Origin: Ostreococcus lucimarinus
Lineage: Eukaryota
Length of the DNA: 64,000 nt
Assembly (NCBI GenBank): GCA_000092065.1
Contig: CP000584.1
Strand: one strand, 5' to 3'
In this document: positions 1 to 8,292 of the stretch, in pieces
Position numbering within the stretch: position 1 is the stretch's first letter
Layout of the letters: every line of letters starts with the position of its first letter
The notes under the pieces: generated by a model
Told to the model about the DNA's origin: nothing
Seen by the model: the letters and a program-made list of their open reading frames with translations, nothing else
The model's database searches: none
Made by a program: the position numbers and the translations under genes

Positions 1-300
1 ATACGAAATCACTCAAGCGCAAATCCTTCAAGGAACAACACTGGGGGGACGATAGCGTTTAAGATGCTGGTAAAGAACCAAGGTAAACAAACGATAAAAG
101 AACTCAATGTCCCGGAACGCGCAGAGTTCGTCGCCAACGTCAAAGAGGCTTTGAAGGCTGAAGAAGCCGAGCTCGCCGAAGTCAAGCGAAAAATTCTTAC
201 GTCTACGTATCACGACGATGACGCGCCGGCGATCCCGGGGCCCAGAGGATGGAGACCGAACAATCGCCGCTCAGAACATAACATATCGAGACGGCTGTAG
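1..300 (+). CDS. 3' end of an unidentified gene (partial; frame open from window edge, stop TAG 298-300)
   Basis: Frame 1 is open from nt 1 to TAG at 298-300, and 120-240 is GC3-rich. It ends in an AT-rich tract that converges on the LeuRS 3' end. The A-rich codons at 64-120 are atypical, and no family was recognised. Confidence 0.2.
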   Translation: MRNHSSANPSRNNTGGTIAFKMLVKNQGKQTIKELNVPERAEFVANVKEALKAEEAELAEVKRKILTSTYHDDDAPAIPGPRGWRPNNRRSEHNISRRL

Positions 301-358
301 CTTATTAGATTTTAGGAATGTGAATTGAATGCGTTTGGTTTCTATAGTGCTAATTTTT

Positions 359-3300
359 TCATCCCAAGAGCATATTTGCGACTCCGGCGGCGAGGTCCTC
401 ATCAGACGTGACAACAAATTCAAAAGCTGGGGCGCCAGGCGTGGCGTCGTCCGCCTTTGAACCCGCGTTTTCACCAGTTGTGTAGCAAATGGTAAGAGTC
501 GATAGACTTAATGCACGCTTGATAAAGTCAATGTTCTCCTTCAAGACGTCCATTTCGTCAAAGATGATCTTCGTGTTTAACGCTGATGCGCCGGCAACGT
601 TGGCCTCATCCATTTTGAACTTGATGAACGGCATGACCATTTTCATCACGTTCTTGAAATTAGCGTCTGCGGAAAGCTCGCTGCTTTTGACCTTGGCCAA
701 AATATCCGGCACGGGAGGAAAAGTCTTGGACTTGGTGTCGTACGATTCCGCTAAGATGCTCAGACACACCGCTCGCCAACCCACAAACTCAGACGCCACG
801 ACAATAGTTCCCTCTTTGGCAACCTTAGGAGGGCCCTTCGGGCCTTTCTTCGGGGGTGCCGTGCACTTTGCGATGCCCTTACGCATGTTCGTGATGAGAT
901 CAGCCAAGTACTTGTTCGCCGCGGTGAGAGCGACATCCTCTACCTCGCCGCTCGGGAAACCTGCGCTGGTGACGCTGCCCTCCTTCTTGAGAATAGTGCC
1001 GTAGATATGCTCGCACGTATGCGGGCAAATCGGCGCGAGCAAGAGCGTTTGAACTTCAATGAATCGCTTAGTTAGATCTGCGTGCATCCCACCCTCTTCA
1101 GCGCTCATAAGACGGTACGCGTCTCTCGCCGACTGCAAGTCATAGAAACCACTCTTGAGCGCTTCGCGGAACATCATATTCTCGTAATGCTCTTGAGTCT
1201 GTGCGATGGCCGTGTTCATCGCGTTCGTGAAGACACGGTCGATAAATTTATTCGGCTCGGTCGTGCGCAGATTACCTGCTTCGATTTCAGCCATTTGCTC
1301 TTCGTACCACGTGATTTCCTTGGTCAAACGTAAAATGGCAGCGTTCGCGGTGTCGTCGACATAGTTCGCGTCTTCAACCGTGTCTCCCGCATCAGCCAAT
1401 GTGAAACGCATCGCATCAGCACTGAATTCTTCGATGGCTTGCTTAAGCGTCTTAAAGTTACCAGTAGACTTACTCATCTTTTCGTTGTTCAGCAGCAAGT
1501 GGCCGTTCGTTCTGAACGAACGCGGCCACATCTTTTCGTCTTCCCAAATCGCGGTGTGATTGTAAATCGCAAAAGTCAGGTGATTTTGGATCAGATCCTT
1601 GCCCGAAACGCGAAGATCGAACGGATACCAGAAGTTGAATTCGTTGATCATGCGATCTAACAAGTCACGCGGGAAGTCATCCTCAGAAGGCTTCGCGGTG
1701 CCCAAGAAGATAGCGTCCCAAACTTCATCCGTCAATTTGCTCGGATCCACTGACGGGCGGGCTTCACCGTACATGTCACCGCCTTGAAGCAAGTGAGCAA
1801 CGGTGTAGTACGCCATATAAATGGTAGAGTCCGACAACGATTCAATCAAATATTGCTCATCCCACGGCATGCGCGTACCCAGGCCAAAGGATCGGCTGCA
1901 AGCCCACTGCCGTAACCAACCGAGAGTGTGCTCAAATGAGTGTCGAGCTTCGTCGTGGTAGCAGTTCATGTTCTCGAGGCACTTCTCGGCCTTTGCCTTC
2001 CAAGCCTCTTCGCCATACTCGAGGTACCACTGATCGGTGAGGGCAACGACACACTCGCCACCAGAGCGCGACATGACGGTGCGCTCAGGTTCGCTATACA
2101 CCATACCCGTGTTGTCGTCGATCATCTCTTGTCTGATCAATGGCTTGGCTTCCTTCACAGGCTTACCCTTATGATTGCCAAGAATCATAACGCCTTCCGT
2201 GAAACCCTTCAAGTACGTCCGATGCTTGGCTTCATCAAGCTTCACACGGTCATTTTGTGACTGAATCTTGAGTTCAGCGCAAACCATCGGCGCGCACGCG
2301 TCGCCGAATTCGGGAATGTGCACGCAAGGGACGACTTCAAAAGGCATTACCCATTCGTCTTTGACACCAAACTTTTCTCGCAACGCAGGCTTGGCCTTCA
2401 AATCACTGAGCGCCATGAAATCATCCGGAGAATCAGACGGAACGGAGGTAACAACGCCCGTGCCCTTGTTCATGAGAATTGTCATCATGGGCAAGCAGTA
2501 AATCTTCTCGAGCTCAGCTCGCGGAGATTTGACCGCGCAACCGATCAAGGATTGACCCTTGAACGTAAGCAGGCACTTGGGTTTACCTTCTTCCGCGAAC
2601 TGTTCTTGGTAAGACAGGTTCAAAGCAGCGCGCTCACACATGACTACGACTTCACCGTTGGCGAGCTCGTACGCGCCATAGTCGCCGTCGGGCAAAATCC
2701 AGCAGTTTGTCTGACCGTACATCGTTTCCGGACGCAAAGTCGCGGCAGCCAAAAATACCTTCTTACCGGCCAAAGGTGCAAGATCACCAGTGAGGCATTC
2801 ATCGTACACAGCCATCTTAATGAGCAAATATTCTTGCGGTCCGACGCCTTCACCCGAAGCTCTGTCGTGGTCGGCGCACGGCTGTCCATCGATCGGCGAG
2901 TACACGGCGAAACGCTTCGCCTTCACAATCTTACCAATCTTCTTAAGCGTATTGAACTGCCAGCGAACGAACGCATCGTAGAACGGATTCGCGTCGGTGG
3001 TGATGAACGAACGTCTCCAGTCGACTTGACATCCCATGGCGATGACGTCGCGCTTCGCCAGCGGCGGAAAATAATTCAACCAATGCATAGATTCCGCGAA
3101 GCTCGGAATTTCCTCATCTGGGATCCCACTCGCTTGCATGATCGCCCACTGCGTCGCCTGCGTCCCCTTCTTCGCCGTCGCCTTCGATTTCTTCGCCACA
3201 AACTTTGTCGGGTCCGCCGGCCCCGCGTTCGCCGCCTCCGCCTTCGCCTTTGCCTCCGCCTCCGCCTCCATCACGCTCGCGTCGGGAAACACGGGTGGAT

Positions 3301-3645
3301 TCCCATACGCCGCAATCTCCTTCGCAATCTTATCCGCGCACGCCTTGATCGGCATCCCCGTGCAGTGAAACGCAAACGGAAACAGCGTCCGATCGCCCTT
3401 CAGCCTGTGATACGCGCTCGCAAACTCCAGCTTGCTCAGCGAGAACGCGTGTCCGAGATGCAGCAGCCCGTTCATGTACGGATACGGAAAGTTTCCAAAA
3501 AACTTATCCCTCCCTCCCTCGCCATCGCTCGCCTTCGGCGCGTCCACCTCGAACGTTTTCTCCCGCGCCCACTTCCCCTGCGCGCGACGCTGCAGCTCCA
3601 GCAACAGGTCGCGTCGCGCCGTGTTCTTTCCCGTCTCCGCCATCG
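359..3645 (-). CDS. LARS1: cytosolic leucyl-tRNA synthetase (class I; HLGHAF = HIGH-type and KMSKS motifs)
   Basis: The ~1095-aa product has HLGHAFSLSKLEFA and KMSKSTGNF signatures and an editing-domain-like region. The first ATG (ccat at 3643-3645, MAETGKN...) gives a size typical of eukaryotic cytosolic LeuRS. The upstream R-rich ORF extension to 4060 is a non-ATG artefact. Stop is TGA at 359-361. Confidence 0.9.
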
Positions 3646-3736
3646 CTCGCTCGCTCGCTCGCGCGCGCTCGTTCGTCCGCGTCCGCGTCGATTCGTCCGC
3701 GTCGCCGCGCGTCGCGTCGTGCGTCGTCGCGATCGT

Positions 3737-3737
<1 letters not shown>

Positions 3738-3766
<29 letters not shown>
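3738..3766. repeat. (CGT)9-10 trinucleotide microsatellite in the LeuRS/PRP38 divergent promoter / LeuRS 5' leader
   Basis: A direct cgtcgtcgt... run, read as a poly-Arg artefact in the ORF track. It lies ~100 nt upstream of the LeuRS ATG. Confidence 0.8.
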
Positions 3767-3767
<1 letters not shown>

Positions 3768-3955
3768 GGATAATCAATCGAATCCACCGTCGCGCGCCGC
3801 CGGGAAACACGGACCGTCGGACCGTCGCGACGGGTCGGGACTCGTCGCGACCCCCCAGACCGACGTTCGAGACGGGTTCGGAACGATGGGTCCATCGATG
3901 CGTCCATTGGCGCGATTGGATTGGCTCGAGCGCGGCGCACACGGCGACGCGCGCG

Positions 3956-4900
3956 ATGCCGAGCGACGTCGAAAACCACGGACACGCGATATGGACCCCG
4001 TTCGGGAACGCGGCGAAGACGACGGGACGGACGCACGGCGTCGAGGCGGTGCTGCGACAAAACGTGGTGAATTCAGAGTACTATCGAAAGCTGTGCCGGA
4101 GCGCGACGGGGACGGTGGACGGCGAAGGGATGGACTTCATGTCGCTCGTGGACGAGATATACGAACTGGTCGATCACGTCGAGCCGTGGATGTCGGGAAA
4201 CGCGCGAGGGGCGTCGACGGGGTTTTGCATACTGTTTCGGTTTTGCGAGAAGGAACTGAGCGATAAAGAGATTTGGCACCTGCTGAGGCACGGAGATTCG
4301 CCGTACATACGGGCGATCGGGTTTCTGTACGTGCGATACGTGAAGAATGGTCGGGAGCTGTTGAGGTGGTGCGAGGAATTTTTCGATGACGCGGAAAAGT
4401 TCTCGCCGTCGCCGGGCGGGAAGGAGGTGACGATGGGGACGTACGTGCGAGACTTGTTGCTCGAGCAACATTATTTCGAAACCATCTTTCCTAGGATTCC
4501 CGAGGTCGCCCGCCGAGAGATGGTGCAGCGAATAAAAGATTTAGGGTACTCCGACAGAGGATTAGGGTGCGGTGGTCAAGGGGGTACTCGAAGGAACGAC
4601 TCGAGCAACGGGCGACCGCAGTCGGTGAAGCACTCGCTTTCGATGCAAGTGGGACGAAAGGCGCACGGTGGTGGCGACGGCGGCGGCGATAGACCCCGGG
4701 ATGATCGCGATCGTCACCGCGATCGTCGCGATGATAGAGACGGTAGGCCCAGGGGACGAGATGATGCTAGATATAGAGACCGCTCGCGCTCGCGCGACCG
4801 CGACAGGCGACGCTCTCGAAGCCGTGAGAGAGACTCGTACAAACCGTATAGACGTGACGACAAGTACGACAAGTACGACAAGTATGATCGCCGGTACTAG
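3956..4900 (+). CDS. PRP38: pre-mRNA splicing factor PRP38 family protein with a C-terminal RS/RD-rich tail
   Basis: It aligns along the whole length to PRP38A: SEYYRKLC~SKYWKEEC, FCILFRFCEKELSDKEIWHLL~FLCLTLKMLQIQPEKDIIVEFI, YIRAIGFLYVRY~YVRMLGALYMRL, and a YVRDLLLE...ILPRIP tail. The C-terminus is RDRSRSRDRDRR and KYDKYDKYD. The ATG at 3956 is in frame; the ORF-track part 2318-3955 is antisense to LeuRS and rejected. Stop is TAG at 4898-4900. Confidence 0.85.
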   Translation: MPSDVENHGHAIWTPFGNAAKTTGRTHGVEAVLRQNVVNSEYYRKLCRSATGTVDGEGMDFMSLVDEIYELVDHVEPWMSGNARGASTGFCILFRFCEKELSDKEIWHLLRHGDSPYIRAIGFLYVRYVKNGRELLRWCEEFFDDAEKFSPSPGGKEVTMGTYVRDLLLEQHYFETIFPRIPEVARREMVQRIKDLGYSDRGLGCGGQGGTRRNDSSNGRPQSVKHSLSMQVGRKAHGGGDGGGDRPRDDRDRHRDRRDDRDGRPRGRDDARYRDRSRSRDRDRRRSRSRERDSYKPYRRDDKYDKYDKYDRRY

Positions 4901-4934
4901 AATGAATTGTGAATCAAATTGCATAAAACAGTTG

Positions 4935-6764
4935 TCAACTGAGCCAAGGATGTTGAAGCGCTTCGCTCGCACTCAAACGGGCCTCCGGGTCGACGACTAG
5001 TAACTTTTCCAAAAAATCAATGAAGACATCGTCCTTAGCGCCGAGTCTCGTTTTCAAACACGTACGCTTTGGTCGTAAAATACTCATAGTCCCGCTCATT
5101 TCCTCGATTTCGTGCAGGAATCCTTGCTTAGTAAAGTACTTGTGACTCTGCGTACCTCTGGCGAGAAGTTTGGTGTCGAAGGGCCCTCTGATGCTCACCA
5201 TGCGTGCCAGCAGCGAGGGCACGGAACTATTTCTAAACAACATACGTCCGCTATAAAGTTCGGCAAGAATGCATCCGAGCGACCAAACATCAATCTTTTG
5301 TGAATACTTGGCTCCGATGATGACTTCGGGCGCCCTGTATGCGCGCGACTGCGCGTAACTGGTCAGGGTATCCGTGGTGAAGCACGAGCTGCCAAAGTCG
5401 ATGAGCTTCACGCTACAATCGGCGTAAGACTTCATCAGAATATTTTCGGGCTTCAAGTCACAGTGAATCAGATCCAGGCTGTGCAAGAAAGTGAGTGATT
5501 CGAGGACTTGCTTCGCGATGCAACGCACGCGCGAGAGAGTGAAATACGGTGTCTCGGCGGTCTCCGCGTTGTACTTTTGGAATTCATACAGATTCGCTCG
5601 CAAAAGTTCGCTGACGATGAACAAATGCTCCTTGAAATAGAAAAAATCGAACATTCGCAGCAGTCCGTGCGTGTCGTTCGGATCCTTGGCGTTTATCAAT
5701 CGCAACAGCTTGATCTCGTCTAGTCCCTGGTCCACGTGGTCCTTGTTATTGCTCACGATCTTCAGGCACACGGGTGTGTTCGTCTGAAGATCGTGCGCTC
5801 GCACGGTTTTACTAAACGCCGCACGACCGATGCCTTCGATTATTTTGTACCTATTTGCCACCACATCGCCGTGTTTCACGATGAAATCTTTCGAGTCTTG
5901 GAAGCCAGTTTTTTTGCCTTGGTGAAACACCTTCAAGTGAAAAGCTTCAAACGCGTTGCTCGCCGCATCGCGCTCAGAATCGACCCAACCTTGTGGTATT
6001 GGAGTTTCTAGTCCATCATCTGCGTCTACCGCGGGAACGTCGCCAAACGTGAAACTTTCGCCGCGATCGAGCACTCGCGTCTTCTTCTCAGCGCTCGTCG
6101 TCTGCTCCGCGTTCGCCTTCATGTCTGGCGAAAACTGCACGTGTCCATCGACGCACTCGCCACCCGCTTCCTCCCCCCCACAGTCATCCACTACAAAAGT
6201 GTCCACCAAATGTCTCCTCACCTCGTGTCTGGGCACGTAATACCGATCGAATCCCTCATCCTCTTCATCGACGTATTCGCACGCCGTTTCCGCCTTTCTT
6301 CGCCAGTCTTCCAAGACCTCTTCGTACGACGACGCGTTCTCCAGCAAGTCGTACGGCAAGATCGCCGACACCGACCGCACGTGCGTGCGCACCTTCTCTT
6401 CTGCTTCCTCTTTCGGCACCATCGCCGCCATGGCGCCTCCGTTTACGCTCACGCTCTGCAGCCGCCGCAACAGCGACGGTTGCCAACTGGCACTGCTTTC
6501 ACCTTCGTCCTCGCTCTCATCCTCGCTCTCGTCCGCGTCACCCGCGAGACGCGCACTGACGCCCTTCGCCATCCTCTGCCCGCGTTCGTCGTCGTCGTCG
6601 GCTTCGTCGGCTTCGTCGTCGTCGTCGCCGCCGCCGCCGCCCATTCTCTCGTTCAACTCCTTCGCGAGCGCGCGCTCGCTTCCTCGCAGCTCGTGCCTGC
6701 GCAGAAACTCCAGCGCGCGTCGAAGCTCGTCCGAGTCGCTCTCTAGCGTCACCGCGCGCGTCAT
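4935..6764 (-). CDS. DYRK-family dual-specificity protein kinase (YAK1/DYRK-like)
   Basis: Kinase subdomains are present: GRAAFSKTV (Gly loop), VCLKIV, HCDLKPENIL, DFGSS. The activation loop YAQSRAYRAPEVIIG matches the DYRK YxQSRxYR signature. There is an acidic poly-D/E N-terminal region. The start is assigned to the ATG at 6764 (MTRAVTLE...); in-frame ATGs further upstream to 6842 are possible. Stop is TGA at 4935-4937, only 34 bp from the PRP38 stop. Confidence 0.85.
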   Translation of the reverse strand: MTRAVTLESDSDELRRALEFLRRHELRGSERALAKELNERMGGGGGDDDDEADEADDDDERGQRMAKGVSARLAGDADESEDESEDEGESSASWQPSLLRRLQSVSVNGGAMAAMVPKEEAEEKVRTHVRSVSAILPYDLLENASSYEEVLEDWRRKAETACEYVDEEDEGFDRYYVPRHEVRRHLVDTFVVDDCGGEEAGGECVDGHVQFSPDMKANAEQTTSAEKKTRVLDRGESFTFGDVPAVDADDGLETPIPQGWVDSERDAASNAFEAFHLKVFHQGKKTGFQDSKDFIVKHGDVVANRYKIIEGIGRAAFSKTVRAHDLQTNTPVCLKIVSNNKDHVDQGLDEIKLLRLINAKDPNDTHGLLRMFDFFYFKEHLFIVSELLRANLYEFQKYNAETAETPYFTLSRVRCIAKQVLESLTFLHSLDLIHCDLKPENILMKSYADCSVKLIDFGSSCFTTDTLTSYAQSRAYRAPEVIIGAKYSQKIDVWSLGCILAELYSGRMLFRNSSVPSLLARMVSIRGPFDTKLLARGTQSHKYFTKQGFLHEIEEMSGTMSILRPKRTCLKTRLGAKDDVFIDFLEKLLVVDPEARLSASEALQHPWLS

Positions 6765-6871
6765 CGCGTCGCGTCTCGTCGCACCGCCGCGTCGTCGTCT
6801 GCGGCCGCTCATCGTTCGTCGCGACGCGAGCGTCCCGCACACGCGGTCGCGACGGGCGTCGACACGACGCG

Positions 6872-7396
6872 ATGACCACGGTGCGCCCGTTCGCGTGCGC
6901 GGACTTGTTCGCGTACAACGACGTCAACGTCGACGCGTTGACGGAGACGTACGGGCTGGCGTTTTACCTGCAGTACCTCGCGACGTGGCCCGAGTATTTC
7001 AGCGCCGCGACGTCGACGTTCGGTGACGTGTGCGGGTACGTCATGGGGAAGTGCGAGGGCGAGGGCGAGTTGTTTCACGGACACGTGTCCGCGGTGACGG
7101 TGGCGCCGGGATACCGAAGACAAGGGCTGGCGAAGACGCTGATGAGGGAGCTGGAGCTGGTGACGGAGACGGCGCACGACGCGTACTTTGTGGATTTGTT
7201 CGTCAGGGTGTCCAACGCGCTGGCGATAGGGATGTATGAAAAGTTTGGGTACACGGTGTACAGACGAGTGCTAGATTATTACAGCGGGGACGAGGACGCG
7301 TACGACATGCGAAAGGCGATGCGACGGGACGTCGCGAAGAAATCCGTCGTTCCTTCTAAGAAGGATTGGCATCCTTGGGAGCTCGAATGGACGTGA
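6872..7396 (+). CDS. NAA20: N-alpha-acetyltransferase 20 (NatB catalytic subunit, GNAT fold)
   Basis: The 174-aa product is near-collinear with human NAA20: MTTVRPFACADLFAYNDVNVDALTETYGLAFYLQYLATWPEYF..., HGHVSAVTVAPGYRRQGLAKTLM, FVDLFVRVSN, DEDAYDMRKA. It has a real ATG at 6872 and stop TGA at 7394-7396. It is divergent from the DYRK gene with <110 bp between starts. Confidence 0.9.
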   Translation: MTTVRPFACADLFAYNDVNVDALTETYGLAFYLQYLATWPEYFSAATSTFGDVCGYVMGKCEGEGELFHGHVSAVTVAPGYRRQGLAKTLMRELELVTETAHDAYFVDLFVRVSNALAIGMYEKFGYTVYRRVLDYYSGDEDAYDMRKAMRRDVAKKSVVPSKKDWHPWELEWT

Positions 7397-7486
7397 GGCG
7401 CGCGCCGTGAATGAAACAACTCGAGTGAATATTATAGACACGCACCAATAGCCGTGGTGCGATAGCGCGCGCGTTGAAAAAGTAAT

Positions 7487-8206
7487 TCATCGAGCCCAAA
7501 ACTTGAACGAGGCCCGCCCACTCGTGGCGTTGGCGAGCCGCTCCTTCAACGTCTCCGCGACTTCTTCCTCGCACTCGATCTGTATGTGCACAGAACCATC
7601 ATCGGAGTACTCTTCGTCGATCTTCTCCGCCGCGAATTCGTCCAAGGCTAGAAATATTTTCCCCAAATCCCCCGGCGCGGCGTTGACGACGGCGTCGACT
7701 TTCGCTCGCACCTCGGTCGCTTCCTTTGCCGCCAACTCCAGAGCTGATTGCGCGGCACCTCCATACGCACGTATCAGGCCTCCCGTGCCCAATTGCGTGC
7801 CACCGTAATATCGCGTCACTAACACGACACAATGGTCCAGACCGCTCGCCGTCACGGCGTTCAGAATGGGCTGTCCGGCTGTCCCGCCTGGCTCACCATC
7901 GTCGCTAAATCTGTACTGCGCCTCCCCGTAGCGGAAAGCCCAACAATTATGACTAGCGCTGAGGTCACTTCGCTCCTTAACGAACCGCAACGCGTCGTCC
8001 GCGCTCGCACACGGCGCGGCGAGCGCGACGAAGCGCGACTTCTTTACTTCCGTCTCAACACGGCAGACGTCGCTCGGCGTGCGGTACGAGGACGCGCGCG
8101 GCGGCGCGGGGGCGCGACGCGACGCGAGCGAGCGACGGAAAATGCTTGAGCGCGATGGGACGAGGTTGAGGTTCTCACCGATCGCTCGCAAGGTTGATGA
8201 CAGCAT
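7487..8206 (-). CDS. IMPACT/YigZ (UPF0029) family protein with an N-terminal presequence-like extension
   Basis: KKSRFVALAAP, CWAFRYGE and GEPGGTAGQPILNAV are hallmark YigZ/IMPACT N-domain motifs. The N-terminus (MLSSTLRAIGEN...RSLASRRAP) is R/S-rich and looks like an organelle-targeting peptide. ATG is at 8204-8206 (minus) and stop TGA at 7487-7489. Confidence 0.8.
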   Translation of the reverse strand: MLSSTLRAIGENLNLVPSRSSIFRRSLASRRAPAPPRASSYRTPSDVCRVETEVKKSRFVALAAPCASADDALRFVKERSDLSASHNCWAFRYGEAQYRFSDDGEPGGTAGQPILNAVTASGLDHCVVLVTRYYGGTQLGTGGLIRAYGGAAQSALELAAKEATEVRAKVDAVVNAAPGDLGKIFLALDEFAAEKIDEEYSDDGSVHIQIECEEEVAETLKERLANATSGRASFKFWAR

Positions 8207-8292
8207 GTCGCGCTGTGCGGTTGGCCCGGTCTACTGTCTACGGACAACATTTCTAATGTTTGCTAATCGTACCTACTGCGTGCGTGAGCTAG

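Noticed and set aside
2318-3955. 5' 546 codons of the 860-aa '+' ORF 2318-4900
   Set aside because: It is antisense to the well-supported LeuRS CDS. It is R/L-rich with no domain, and only the last 314 codons (from ATG 3956) are the PRP38 homologue.
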